A stretch of DNA of 64,000 nucleotides from a virus (Duplodnaviria; Caudoviricetes): IMG/VR virus record IMGVR_UViG_3300037067_022526, positions 32,001 to 96,000 of that record; one strand, 5' to 3'. The notes under the pieces were generated by a model that worked only from the letters and a program-made list of their open reading frames with translations, was not told where the DNA came from and did not search any database. The position numbers were made by a program, and so were the translations under genes. Positions 48,656 through 58,733 of the stretch are shown piece by piece (positions within the stretch are counted from its first letter, which is position 1; every line of letters begins with the position of its first letter).

Positions 48656-48910
48656 GTGACAATGTATTGTCCCCTTTGTGGATCTGAATTGGAAATTCAT
48701 GATCTTCCGCCAAGACCAGAAATAGACTGGGAATTGGAAGGCGAAGAATTGGAAAAACAAATTGAATTGAATGCCAATTATCCCGAAAGGAAAGAATGCA
48801 CCTGTCCCAAGGGCTGTTTTGGTAAGGATTATCCATTGTATTTCCACCATCCGCTGGGTGGAATTGATACTGCCCCCGGAGATAGTTGGTCATTGAGTTG
48901 GGTTAAGTAA
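48656..48910 (+). CDS. Hypothetical Zn-binding protein
   Basis: CPLC...CTC...C. Confidence 0.5.
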   Translation: MTMYCPLCGSELEIHDLPPRPEIDWELEGEELEKQIELNANYPERKECTCPKGCFGKDYPLYFHHPLGGIDTAPGDSWSLSWVK

Positions 48911-48923
48911 CTAACTGGGGTAA

Positions 48924-49631
48924 GTGAAAATGTATATTAAAGATGGATCAAATATTGATTACGGCAGTAAGGAACCTATGAAAAATAGGTATTCATGGGG
49001 ATGGCTAGGATCAAAAATCTCCTGGGAAAGTAGGGGATGGAAAGATATTGAACTCAAAAATAAAGTCATTAATCGGCTAAAAGAGATAGACGACGCATTC
49101 GAATGGGAAACCAGTTCATTTGATGGCAAACAATACAGAAAACCAACTTATCAAGTAATGCACCATATGGGGTCTCATGAATGTGAAATATGTGGGGCTC
49201 GAACTCGCAAAGAAAAAACAAAAGCCGCTAAAAATTATCGAGAGTGGATGTCCATACAATCCCAGCAGGAGAATAAACCTGAGACTATTAAAAATTTCAA
49301 TGGTAGCCATATCATATATTACAATGGGTTAGAATTTCGTTGTCCTGCTGGTGTTTATCACTATATAGAAGAACATGATTATAATCCTGGTCCAAAAGTT
49401 ATCGATGCTATTTTTAATGGTCGAGTAGCAACCTCTGATGAAATTGATGGTAAAATCAGAGAAGAAATGCACAAAATGGCAGAAGAAATTGGACGTAAAA
49501 ACGCAGAGGAAGCAGCCGCCAGAGAAGCAGCCAAATCTCCGGAACAAAAACAATATGAGTCTTGGGTTAAAACCAAAATCGAACAATTGCGCAAATCAGG
49601 TGCTATCATTGGTAGTGTAGAGAAAGAATAG
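48924..49631 (+). CDS. Hypothetical protein
   Basis: GSHECEIC...PAGVYHYIEEHDYNP. Confidence 0.6.
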   Translation: MKMYIKDGSNIDYGSKEPMKNRYSWGWLGSKISWESRGWKDIELKNKVINRLKEIDDAFEWETSSFDGKQYRKPTYQVMHHMGSHECEICGARTRKEKTKAAKNYREWMSIQSQQENKPETIKNFNGSHIIYYNGLEFRCPAGVYHYIEEHDYNPGPKVIDAIFNGRVATSDEIDGKIREEMHKMAEEIGRKNAEEAAAREAAKSPEQKQYESWVKTKIEQLRKSGAIIGSVEKE

Positions 49632-49641
49632 GAGAAATAAA

Positions 49642-49899
49642 ATGCAGAAGTGGTTGGAGACAAAACTGAAGTTCTTACCTCAAGATAAGATGTCCTCTCG
49701 GTATCACGATCATGGGACGCACAGTAGCTGTCAATCTGGTGGAGAACTGGTTTTTATTTGGGAGATGGAACGGGCAACAAAACTCGGAATTCAAGGTGAT
49801 CCGTGGGTAGAGATTGGAGCCATTATTAAAGAAATTGCTTATGCTCGGAACGACGAAGGTTTGGTAGATATTGTTGGTTCTCGATATATATATATTTAA
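49642..49899 (+). CDS. Hypothetical protein
   Basis: AGGAG RBS. Confidence 0.5.
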   Translation: MQKWLETKLKFLPQDKMSSRYHDHGTHSSCQSGGELVFIWEMERATKLGIQGDPWVEIGAIIKEIAYARNDEGLVDIVGSRYIYI

Positions 49900-50242
49900 G
49901 CCAAATCCTGAATATCCAGAGGGTATCAATGGCGGTCTAACTCCAAAAATGTTACGATCCATCTCTAATAGAATTCGGAAGAGCGAAGTTCATCCACTGA
50001 CCGAAAATGGTGTATAATATTGTACCAAATAGAAGAACAATTAAGGGAGAAAACCGATGAAGTTTAGTATTAATACTGAGAAGATTAAAATTGAGATTGA
50101 AGTTCCGAACTGTTAGAATGTAGAAATGTTTCGGCACATCGACGATCTTATCAGGTACATTTTGTCAGAGCTTTAGGAGCAATCTGCCGCTTGTTGTGAA
50201 AAGTATGAAGAACAACTGGAGCCACAATAAAAGGAGCCCGAA

Positions 50243-50479
50243 ATGTATAAGATTCAAGAAAAACCAGATCCAGATATAATCGTTGGGGATAATCCTGCAC
50301 CGACCCATGATCCCATTGTCACCCTGAAAGATGAGTACGGCGGGGTAGCACATATCATAAATGACGATCACTGCTACGTATTGGTTTTGGGAAGTGTAGA
50401 TTCTTCTCATTTCAAGTCTGTGAAGCATTGGTTCCCCGAAGCTGTTGAGGCAATGAGGATGTTGCCTACACCAGAATAG
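50243..50479 (+). CDS. Hypothetical protein
   Basis: AAGGAG RBS. Confidence 0.55.
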   Translation: MYKIQEKPDPDIIVGDNPAPTHDPIVTLKDEYGGVAHIINDDHCYVLVLGSVDSSHFKSVKHWFPEAVEAMRMLPTPE

Positions 50480-50938
50480 AGTTTGCGGGCCGCCGACCGC
50501 AAAAACAGAGAAAGACGAAGCACAATATCCCAAGGAGAGTAAATATCATGTCAATTCTACCTACAACCCCAAAAGATATTAGAGAAGGACAATTGGTTTG
50601 TGTTGCACAGAATTTAAACCTAACATTTAGTGTCGAAATTGTCACTCCATCATACGCCCGACTCTCGGATGGTAATTGGTATTCTAAAGACAATTTACAC
50701 AAAGTTGTCGAGTAAGGAAGAAATTGTGTACTTTGATTTAAAAACAGATTATTATGGTTGGCCCATTGAACATATTATTGGTCATCCTGTTTCCAATTGG
50801 ACACGACACATTATTCAACTGCTTCGGAAATGGCTCCATTTACACAAAGTTGAAAATAAGAAGATATAGTTGTCAAAAAAGGTATGAACAATAATTGTTC
50901 CGAATTATAACTTCGGTAATCTTTAACAGGAGAAATGT

Positions 50939-51307
50939 ATGTCATACGGACCAGTATCCCTCTCAGAATTAGCGACAACGGACATTGTTGCTCCAAGCGC
51001 TCCAACTTTTGTCACGATTGGACAAATAGACAATCTAACCATTCGGGCCTTAGTTGCGATTCCAACCACAGATGCAACTGGTGGTGCTTTAACTGGATTG
51101 GCCAAATTGACTGTTGTAACAGCAGTTATGTCGGGAGGCCAAAGCCCATTTGTTGGCCTTAGTATGGATGAAATCTTAGCATTGCCCGGTATAAATGCGG
51201 TTCATGTTGACCTGGTGGAAGCCGAAGCCGGCACACAGGTAGAAGTTGTTCTGCCGATAGTTAATCTAGGCGGGTTCCAGGCACTGGCTGCTGCTTGCAG
51301 TGATTAA
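50939..51307 (+). CDS. Hypothetical protein, possibly structural
   Basis: AGGAG RBS; Ala/Val/Thr-rich; followed by its own hairpin. Confidence 0.65.
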   Translation: MSYGPVSLSELATTDIVAPSAPTFVTIGQIDNLTIRALVAIPTTDATGGALTGLAKLTVVTAVMSGGQSPFVGLSMDEILALPGINAVHVDLVEAEAGTQVEVVLPIVNLGGFQALAAACSD

Positions 51308-51317
51308 GATTTAATTT

Positions 51318-51356
51318 AATTGGGGGCAAGAGAATTTATTTCTCTTGCCCCCAATT
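51318..51356. terminator. Perfect 16-bp hairpin, probable terminator
   Basis: AATTGGGGGCAAGAGA / TCTCTTGCCCCCAATT. Confidence 0.65.
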
Positions 51357-51451
51357 GAGTGTAATAATGTTTGGACCTGTTAGTATATCTCAGCTCAAAA
51401 CAAGAAAACGGCCCTGGCTTCGCTTTATTCTACATATATTATACCTGATAA

Positions 51452-51979
51452 TTGCCTGAATGCCTGAGCACAATGAGTAGAATCACAGCCAAATTTTTGC
51501 GGCAACAGTATCAGACCATTTCAAAACAATACAAAATATATATAAAAGAATTTCCATCGTATATAATAAAAAAATCAACCGAAGAAAATTCGTATGGTTT
51601 TATACTTCGATACAAAAACAATAAAATAGAAATGTTTATTGACAAATCTCATCCTAATTATAGAAAAATTGTTACTCTCTATCACGAAACTGGACATGTT
51701 CGGTGCATTAGAAACAATTGTTTTTGCATAAAATATATCATGAAAATGTATAATATACGAAATAGAATTTATCAAGAAAAACATGCTATAGAGTTTTCTT
51801 TACGACAATTAATAGATAACGAAATGATCAAAAGTTTAAGAGACGAAATAATCGCCATCAAAGTTTTGTCTAAAGGTAATATAGACGACGGGATTTATGC
51901 TACTGCATCCAAAATGGTCATGCGAACCAAACTGTGGCGAGAGGCAATTGCACTTCTAAAAAAGGCATCTCGATTGTAG
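51452..51979 (+). CDS. HExxH metallopeptidase-like (ImmA/IrrE-like) protein
   Basis: TLYHETGH with a downstream Glu (QEKHA); start uncertain. Confidence 0.5.
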   Translation: MPECLSTMSRITAKFLRQQYQTISKQYKIYIKEFPSYIIKKSTEENSYGFILRYKNNKIEMFIDKSHPNYRKIVTLYHETGHVRCIRNNCFCIKYIMKMYNIRNRIYQEKHAIEFSLRQLIDNEMIKSLRDEIIAIKVLSKGNIDDGIYATASKMVMRTKLWREAIALLKKASRL

Positions 51980-52039
51980 TTTTTCTTGCATTCTCCTCGA
52001 AAATGCAATACAATACCATTAGAGGAGATAGAACCGAGT

Positions 52040-52090
52040 GTCACGTTAGACGTGATTAAGCAGTATATTCTGGATCAAAGAGGAGTATAA
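52040..52090 (+). pseudogene. Remnant of IS200/IS605 tnpA 3' end
   Basis: Translates as VTLDVIKQYILDQRGV*, resembling the YIxxQ catalytic-Tyr helix of Y1 transposases. Confidence 0.5.
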
Positions 52091-52091
52091 C

Positions 52092-52463
52092 GTGAAAGTA
52101 GAACTAAAAACTGGTTGTGACCGTTTCGACCCCAGATACGTAATCCAAGACGACGATGGCAAAGTAGTCGATGACGCTCAGGGATGGGGTTACAAGAGCA
52201 AACAAAAAGCCTACAAGGCAATGTGGTATAAGTTTAGTGGGGGCAAGCAAAAAGTATCTGAAAGCATCAATAAGAAGAATGAGTTCTTCAAGCAACACAC
52301 TGGTCTCGAAAAGTTTCTCAACAGAATATATGAGAATAATTTCAAAGAAATTGCCAGAGGTGAAGTAACTGATGAGAACATTCTAGAAGAGATCAAAGAG
52401 AAATTCGGGATTGATATGCCCAAAGAATATTTGGGTGGTCCAGAGTACAAGAAGAGAAAATAA
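52092..52463 (+). CDS. Hypothetical protein
   Basis: GAGGAG RBS; GTG start. Confidence 0.6.
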   Translation: MKVELKTGCDRFDPRYVIQDDDGKVVDDAQGWGYKSKQKAYKAMWYKFSGGKQKVSESINKKNEFFKQHTGLEKFLNRIYENNFKEIARGEVTDENILEEIKEKFGIDMPKEYLGGPEYKKRK

Positions 52464-52766
52464 GTGCTTTTGACGTTTGAAGTTAAACACAACAGAGATG
52501 AAGAGAATAAAATGACACCAATTAGAGAATGTTCAGCAGAGGAACGAATGTTGCGAGCATTGCTTGCAATCGAATATATATTAAGCGGAGACGCTTTGCC
52601 TGAAAGCGCGGAAGAAGTCCAAAAGAATGCCGAATTGATTCGAAAGATAATGTCTGACATATACTGCATTGCCCACGCTGGACACGGACAGTGCTGCGAA
52701 GGCGGTATAAGCAAATGGTTAGATTTAATCGAAAAATGCGAAAGTCATCTGGATGCGAAGATATAA
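52464..52766 (+). CDS. Hypothetical protein
   Basis: ORF in a co-directional run; start uncertain. Confidence 0.45.
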   Translation: MLLTFEVKHNRDEENKMTPIRECSAEERMLRALLAIEYILSGDALPESAEEVQKNAELIRKIMSDIYCIAHAGHGQCCEGGISKWLDLIEKCESHLDAKI

Positions 52767-53020
52767 TGTGGAAACTACACTGTCCTAGTTGTGGGCAAAA
52801 AATAAATAAAGCCGAAGTAATTCCAATATATAAAACTGTTACAGTATCTAGTGACTATTTTGGCGACTGGATGGATAAAAATAGGACTACTGTTCCCAAA
52901 AACAAGAGTAAACCAATAAAAGAACAGCGGTTCGTGTATAATAAAGCAACGTGTTTTCCGTGTGAATGTGAAGTAGACGAACGTGAACTGATAGCAAAAA
53001 ATGAGGGAGAAAATGTCTGA
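52766..53020 (+). CDS. Hypothetical Zn-ribbon protein
   Basis: TAATG-coupled MWKLHCPSCG...CFPCEC. Confidence 0.5.
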   Translation: MWKLHCPSCGQKINKAEVIPIYKTVTVSSDYFGDWMDKNRTTVPKNKSKPIKEQRFVYNKATCFPCECEVDERELIAKNEGENV

Positions 53021-53489
53021 AAATAAGATATCAGGAGAATTGTCACCTGTTATACTAATCAGGATAGGTAGTGATGATATAGCAACTGTCGCTGATCTTG
53101 ACAACGTCATTAAGTATGTGCAAGAACATAATTCACCGCCTAAAGATGGTGAGATAATTGGACAATCAGGATTTCCTATCCCAATCAATATTAGCAAAGT
53201 TAATCGATCCCCCACTCCCGGTATGTTACTTGTTAAAGTTGGCAACGAAACTCGGCCAGCAAGCGCAGATGACATTAAAAAAATACAACAAGAGTTATGT
53301 GATTTTCTGAAGGATAATAATGAAGCAACCATAGTCACATATCATAATATGGAAATGAAATGGCTACCTATCGATGGCACATCTTTTAAGGAATCGCTGC
53401 CGCAAACACTTTTTGTATCTGGACATTTAACCCCGGATGACAAAGAGTGGGCGAATAAAATGCTTGCAGATCCAGCTGTGGAATCGTAA
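53001..53489 (+). CDS. Hypothetical protein with an internal repeat resembling a portal segment
   Basis: IRIGSDDIATVADL and VKVGNETRPASADDIKKIQQEL resemble portal VQIGSDDRPATSADIADVQQQL. Confidence 0.6.
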   Translation: MREKMSENKISGELSPVILIRIGSDDIATVADLDNVIKYVQEHNSPPKDGEIIGQSGFPIPINISKVNRSPTPGMLLVKVGNETRPASADDIKKIQQELCDFLKDNNEATIVTYHNMEMKWLPIDGTSFKESLPQTLFVSGHLTPDDKEWANKMLADPAVES

Positions 53490-53812
53490 TGAGTTATTGG
53501 ATATTTCCATTAATATTCCTCATTATATTTGAGTCTATCGCAGATATTTTTGCCAAAGAATATGCTATTAGACGACAATTCCACTTAGCATCAATATCAA
53601 TTCTGCTCTATATTATTTGTAGTAGTTTTTGGTTAATTGCGCTTCGCAATGGAGCAGAATTATCTAGGGGTGCTGTGCTATTTTCAGTTGCAAGTGCCAT
53701 TTTGGCCTGTTGTATAGGTGTCGGATATTATCGAGAGCAGTTGACAATCACCGAATGGATTGGTATACTATTAGGTCTGGCTTCAATTGGATTGTTAATC
53801 AAACATGCATAA
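53489..53812 (+). CDS. SMR/DMT-family small membrane transporter-like protein
   Basis: 107 aa, four hydrophobic helices, Glu in helix 1, YREQL...WIGILLG. Confidence 0.6.
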   Translation: MSYWIFPLIFLIIFESIADIFAKEYAIRRQFHLASISILLYIICSSFWLIALRNGAELSRGAVLFSVASAILACCIGVGYYREQLTITEWIGILLGLASIGLLIKHA

Positions 53813-54530
53813 GATAATCCATGGCGACTGTATAACCGAATTAAAAAATATACAATCGGATTGCATCGACTTAATTATTACAGATCCTCCCTTCAATATT
53901 AAGAAAAAATATAATTCTTATGCTGATAATAAAAGCAAAGATGAATACCTAAAATGGTGTGAAATTTGGTTATCTGAATGTATTAGAGTATTAAAAAATG
54001 GTGGATCACTTTATCTTATTAACTATCCAGAGAATAATGCATATCTTATGCCATTTCTAGATAAGCACTTAACGTTCAAACGGTGGATGACTTGGCACTA
54101 TCCTGTTAATACTGGCATGTCTCCAACTAACTATACCCGTAGCCAACACTCGATTTTATTCTATATCAAAGGTAAAAAACCTAAAACATTTAATAAAGAT
54201 GACATAGCAGAGCCCTATCGTAATCCCACTGACAAAAGAATAATTCAACGCGTAAAAGATGGCAGCAAAGGAAAGACCCCCTACGATGTCTTCCATCTCA
54301 ATTTAGTTAAGAATGTCAGCAGAGACAAGACTGAACATCCGTGTCAAATCCCCGTTCCATTATTGGAAATTTTTATAAAAGCCAGCTCTAATCCTGGAGA
54401 TATTGTGTTAGATCCATTTGGGGGCAGTTTTTCAACTGCTCGTGCAGCAAAAAATTTAGGCAGAAATTCTATAAATATTGAGTTGGATAAAAAATATTGT
54501 GAAATAGGTGAACGACGACTCAAAACATAA
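53805..54530 (+). CDS. DNA methyltransferase, beta class (N6-A/N4-C)
   Basis: IITDPPFN precedes HPCQIP and VLDPFGGSFST. Confidence 0.9.
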   Translation: MHKIIHGDCITELKNIQSDCIDLIITDPPFNIKKKYNSYADNKSKDEYLKWCEIWLSECIRVLKNGGSLYLINYPENNAYLMPFLDKHLTFKRWMTWHYPVNTGMSPTNYTRSQHSILFYIKGKKPKTFNKDDIAEPYRNPTDKRIIQRVKDGSKGKTPYDVFHLNLVKNVSRDKTEHPCQIPVPLLEIFIKASSNPGDIVLDPFGGSFSTARAAKNLGRNSINIELDKKYCEIGERRLKT

Positions 54531-54574
54531 TAAAAGAGCAGACGCTGGCAAGTTTATTCAAGTAGGAGTAAAAA

Positions 54575-54904
54575 TTGGCTAAAAGAATTCCAACTGAAGA
54601 AGAAATCAAAAAATTTGGCATAATCGAAGGAGTAAATAATATTTATTATGTAATAACTTCATTTGGTGTGCTATCTAGAGTATACTGGATAAATGGAGAA
54701 CCAAAATACCACATAGGGGAGGAAATGCAAAACATACCTCGTATTTTAACTTGTAAATTACAAGGGCAGTACTTACGATATTTGGAGAAACAATTAGGGG
54801 TCGATTACATACAAAAGCTCGAAAAGGCGGGAATAAAAGTAGATATCCAATCGTCTAAAAGAGAACAAGGAGTTGTCGAAAAATTAGAGTATAATACCGA
54901 ATGA
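54575..54904 (+). CDS. Hypothetical protein
   Basis: AGGAG RBS; TTG start. Confidence 0.5.
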   Translation: MAKRIPTEEEIKKFGIIEGVNNIYYVITSFGVLSRVYWINGEPKYHIGEEMQNIPRILTCKLQGQYLRYLEKQLGVDYIQKLEKAGIKVDIQSSKREQGVVEKLEYNTE

Positions 54905-54931
54905 ATCGGATTAACAAACAAGGAGAAACAA

Positions 54932-55459
54932 ATGATTAAGGTTCGATGGGCAGTGCTGAGTGTTGCAGTATTGCTGGCAACTTCAACGGTTGCGATGGCA
55001 GACAGTTTTATGTTCAGCTTTAGCTTTGGAAGACCGATTTATACTTATGCAGAAGTAGCTTATGTTACTCCAGTTGTATACGAGCCTCCGGTGGTTGTAT
55101 ACGAGGAACCAGTAGTTGTATACGAGCCTCCAGTCGTAGTAACATACCTTCCACCGCCAACTAGATATGTTTATCCTGTGACTTTATACCATCCATGTCC
55201 AACTTATGTATTTAACTGGACAGTGTATCATCACGATCGGCCGTTTAATCATGGCAGGTTTAGTTATGAACACCGGCGATTTGTCCCTCGAACTGAAATT
55301 AGTCATCGTCCTGTCCACCAGCCCAGGATTGATGTTCAACGCAGCCAACGTATTGGCTCTCAGCACAGAATTGGTAGTCGTCCTGTTAGCCGTCAATCCG
55401 GGTTGAGTCATCGCCCTGGTTTAAGTCGGCGGTCTAACTCTGGTCATCGCGGCCGGTAA
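54932..55459 (+). CDS. Secreted low-complexity protein
   Basis: Signal peptide; VVYEPP repeats; Arg/His/Ser-rich tail. Confidence 0.6.
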   Translation: MIKVRWAVLSVAVLLATSTVAMADSFMFSFSFGRPIYTYAEVAYVTPVVYEPPVVVYEEPVVVYEPPVVVTYLPPPTRYVYPVTLYHPCPTYVFNWTVYHHDRPFNHGRFSYEHRRFVPRTEISHRPVHQPRIDVQRSQRIGSQHRIGSRPVSRQSGLSHRPGLSRRSNSGHRGR

Positions 55460-55486
55460 ATTGAGAACGGATTAACGTAGTTAAAA

Positions 55487-56734
55487 ATGAAAAATGAATC
55501 AAGTGGCTCTAATTTAGAGCCTCCCGAATCGGGTTGTAATAAAGTAAAATCAGAGGATTCAAAACCAGTAGAAGAAGACAAACCTCCTTCCACTGGTTTT
55601 GTTATATCTCCAAAATCTAATGAATTTCGTTGTCGATTGTCTAATGCCAGTATATCCGAATGGAATGATTGGCATTGGCAACTTCGGTCTCGTATTCGCA
55701 ACACAACGGGTCTATCAAATATTATTCAATTAACAGATGATGAGAAGAATGCCATTTCTCAGATAGGAGATCATTTGCCTGTTGGCATTACTCCGTATTA
55801 TGCATCTCTAATTGACCCAAACGATCCCGCTGATCCAATCAGAAAAATGATGGTTCCTGTTAGCACAGAACTTACTCGAACAGAGTTTGAGTCTGATGAC
55901 CCATTATCAGAAGAAAAGCACATGCCGGTGCCGGGGCTCGTGCACCGCTACCCGGACCGCGTGCTGTTCCTGGTCACGAACTTCTGCGCCACGTATTGCC
56001 GCTACTGCACACGCGCTCGGATGGTGGGCCAGACCGGCGAGTACCACTTCAACACGGACCAGTACCAGCAGGCCCTCGACTACATCGCCGCACACCCGGA
56101 GATCCGGGACGTGCTCCTGTCCGGCGGCGATCCGCTGACGATGATGGACGAGCGGCTGGAGTGGCTCCTGGAACGCATAAAAGCAATTCCTCATATTGAA
56201 ATGATTAGAATTGGTACCAAAGTGCCCTGTGTATTACCGCAAAGGATTACTTTAGAATTGTGCAATATGCTTCGTAAATACCATCCGTTATTTATCAGTA
56301 TCCATTTTATGCATCCAGTTGAAATCACACCAGAAGTTTCAAGGGCATGTTGTATGCTAGCTGATGCTGGTATACCACTTGGTAGTCAAACAGTATTAGC
56401 GTCTAGAATCAATGATGATTCTAAGACAATGAAAAAACTTATGCATGAACTTCTTAAAATACGCGTAAAACCATACTACATATACGCATGCGATCCGATT
56501 TCTGGTTCAGGACATTTTCGGACACCAGTTCAAAAGGGATTGGAAATCATATCTGGGATCCGTGGACATACCACCGGATATGGAGTGCCAACCTTCGTGA
56601 TTGATGCACCTGGTGGAGGCGGTAAAATACCAATAACTCCTGATTCTGTCATAGGTCATGATCCTAACTTTGTATTTCTGCGAAACTATGAAGGCAAGGA
56701 ATTTAAATATCCAGATCGACCCGTCGCTGTATAA
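55487..56734 (+). CDS. kamA: KamA-family radical SAM enzyme (lysine 2,3-aminomutase-like)
   Basis: WNDWHWQL, LVHRYPDRVL, CATYCRYC, LLSGGDPL, DAPGGGGKIP (PLP lysine). Confidence 0.92.
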   Translation: MKNESSGSNLEPPESGCNKVKSEDSKPVEEDKPPSTGFVISPKSNEFRCRLSNASISEWNDWHWQLRSRIRNTTGLSNIIQLTDDEKNAISQIGDHLPVGITPYYASLIDPNDPADPIRKMMVPVSTELTRTEFESDDPLSEEKHMPVPGLVHRYPDRVLFLVTNFCATYCRYCTRARMVGQTGEYHFNTDQYQQALDYIAAHPEIRDVLLSGGDPLTMMDERLEWLLERIKAIPHIEMIRIGTKVPCVLPQRITLELCNMLRKYHPLFISIHFMHPVEITPEVSRACCMLADAGIPLGSQTVLASRINDDSKTMKKLMHELLKIRVKPYYIYACDPISGSGHFRTPVQKGLEIISGIRGHTTGYGVPTFVIDAPGGGGKIPITPDSVIGHDPNFVFLRNYEGKEFKYPDRPVAV

Positions 56735-56766
56735 TGATATAGTGTCATTAGAGAACCAAATTAATA

Positions 56767-57747
56767 ATGCTATTTCTAAAAAAACTGAAACTTGTCAATT
56801 TTTGTAATTTTGAAAATTACGAAATCTCTTTTATTAAACCAAACGGAGAACCATATAAATACGTATGTTTCTTTGGGCCAAACGGCGTGGGCAAGTCTAC
56901 GCTGCTAGAATCTGTCTCCATGCTACCCGGTGACATATTCGGCAGGACAAGCCAATTTGTTTCTCAGGGATTACAAAAATATGTTCGGCACCCTGACTAT
57001 GATCCTACCTGGCAAAAAGTAACCGATGAAACCGAAAGAGAAATGTTTATTGAGGGAATTTATGATATTGATGGCAAAGAATATATAGTACAGATTAACC
57101 AGAATGGGTGGGTTCGCAATGATCTGTGTCCAATAGCAATAATTAATGAGAATGATGACGATGATGCTGAACAAAAATCAATGAGAAGTGGTCCTTGGAA
57201 GTCGGATCACCTGCTATACAGAAAGAGGATTTCATATTTCATAAAATCTGATTCTGACTTATCGATGAGTAAGTTTCAGTTACACTGGTCACAAAAAGAC
57301 GATTTTGAAAAAATTGTATCTCAAATCACTCGATTTCCATGCGAATGTTTGCCACCAAAAGGGCTAACTCCACAAGAGAGAGAGTTTTCTACTGACTTTG
57401 TTATTATTAAGAAAAATTATAGAATTCATTTTAAGCGCATGTCTGCCGGTGAACGTAAGATATGCAAATCATTTAGTGATATTTTTAACCTGATGCATTC
57501 ATTAAAATATCCCAAAGTCGGTGACCCGGTCATGGACAAATGGCCCAGATTATTGTTAATTGATAATGTGGAGATGCATGTATATTACGATCGGCATGTT
57601 CAAATGGTTGAATGTCTAAAAGAGATTTTTCAACATCAGCAGATTTTTGCCACAACTCATAGCGGTATCCTTATCAATCGATTTCTTCGTGGTGAAAATG
57701 ACAGGGAAAATGAATTAATGATTAACCTCGAAGAAGTCAACAACTAA
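56767..57747 (+). CDS. ABC/SMC-like ATPase
   Basis: GPNGVGKST; MSAGE signature; LLIDNVEMH; ATTHS. Confidence 0.8.
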   Translation: MLFLKKLKLVNFCNFENYEISFIKPNGEPYKYVCFFGPNGVGKSTLLESVSMLPGDIFGRTSQFVSQGLQKYVRHPDYDPTWQKVTDETEREMFIEGIYDIDGKEYIVQINQNGWVRNDLCPIAIINENDDDDAEQKSMRSGPWKSDHLLYRKRISYFIKSDSDLSMSKFQLHWSQKDDFEKIVSQITRFPCECLPPKGLTPQEREFSTDFVIIKKNYRIHFKRMSAGERKICKSFSDIFNLMHSLKYPKVGDPVMDKWPRLLLIDNVEMHVYYDRHVQMVECLKEIFQHQQIFATTHSGILINRFLRGENDRENELMINLEEVNN

Positions 57748-58132
57748 TATTCTAAATTATTTGAGCAATTCATCCTCTACGATAAAGACATAGAGGGATT
57801 TCTTGTTACTAAAAGGAAAGAACCGAATACCGGAGCAATTATAAGCACCAGGAGACATGCATTAGAGAGGTCAAGATATGTCCGTTATGAATGCTACTCA
57901 GACCGGAAATACGAACACGTCTACTTCTCGAATCCCTTCACTTCAAATTAATAATCTCTCAGAAGGACAAAATGTGATCGATTAGGTAAATTAGTTTTAA
58001 AAAGGAGGCACCAATGTTGCATAAAATTAAGAGACTATTTTGTGCTATGTTTCAGTTTGTGTTTCCCACCAAGAAAACTGAGCCTTCAAAACCTAATTTC
58101 CAGTTCATTTGTCCGATTTGCGGAAAAGAACA

Positions 58133-58510
58133 TTAGACCTCTTCATATCCATCAAATCCAGTATCGGCCAAATCATCTGGCTTTTTAAGGTTTGATATTA
58201 TAATATTTCTTGCAATTTTCCATTGTTTTACAGAATGTAATCGAAGTGTTTCGCCATCGGGTTCACTGTGATATTTAGCATCTCGACCAGCCGGAGTATT
58301 CTCCATGAATTCATTTCGAACATTGACTTCCTGATTAATGCCGTTTTTGATAACCTTGTCCCATAAATTAACTGTTCCATTGATAGCATCTTCGGGTAGA
58401 AAATTAACTGCCAATGTGTATAACAATATGCGGTCAAACATCTTCATGTATTTGCCGACAAATTGAATATCTGAGTCCTTTAATATTTCTTGAAGTTCTT
58501 TTCCGTCCAT
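58133..58510 (-). CDS. Hypothetical protein
   Basis: 125-aa ORF in a three-gene minus-strand run. Confidence 0.6.
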   Translation of the reverse strand: MDGKELQEILKDSDIQFVGKYMKMFDRILLYTLAVNFLPEDAINGTVNLWDKVIKNGINQEVNVRNEFMENTPAGRDAKYHSEPDGETLRLHSVKQWKIARNIIISNLKKPDDLADTGFDGYEEV

Positions 58511-58515
58511 TTTTG

Positions 58516-58728
58516 TTATCCCAGTGCTGTTTGATATCCGGTCCAGAAAATTTCTGCCATCTCTTTACTGATTGGTTGGTCACAAATTAGAAGTACTACT
58601 TGATCATCCGTGTGATCCACCAAGTGCATACCCTTAATAATACTTCCTTTATCGAGGAAATCCTGTATTTTATTTATTATTGTGCTTACGTCATTTTTGC
58701 AAACTACTGGTACAAGTTTCATAGCCAC
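58516..58728 (-). CDS. Hypothetical protein
   Basis: AAGGA RBS. Confidence 0.5.
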   Translation of the reverse strand: MAMKLVPVVCKNDVSTIINKIQDFLDKGSIIKGMHLVDHTDDQVVLLICDQPISKEMAEIFWTGYQTALG

Positions 58729-58733
58729 TTCCT

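Noticed and set aside
57748-57951. Open frame continuing after the ATPase TAA (possible readthrough)
   Set aside because: The ATPase already ends at a normal position, TAA is used as a stop throughout, and the extension has no recognisable motif
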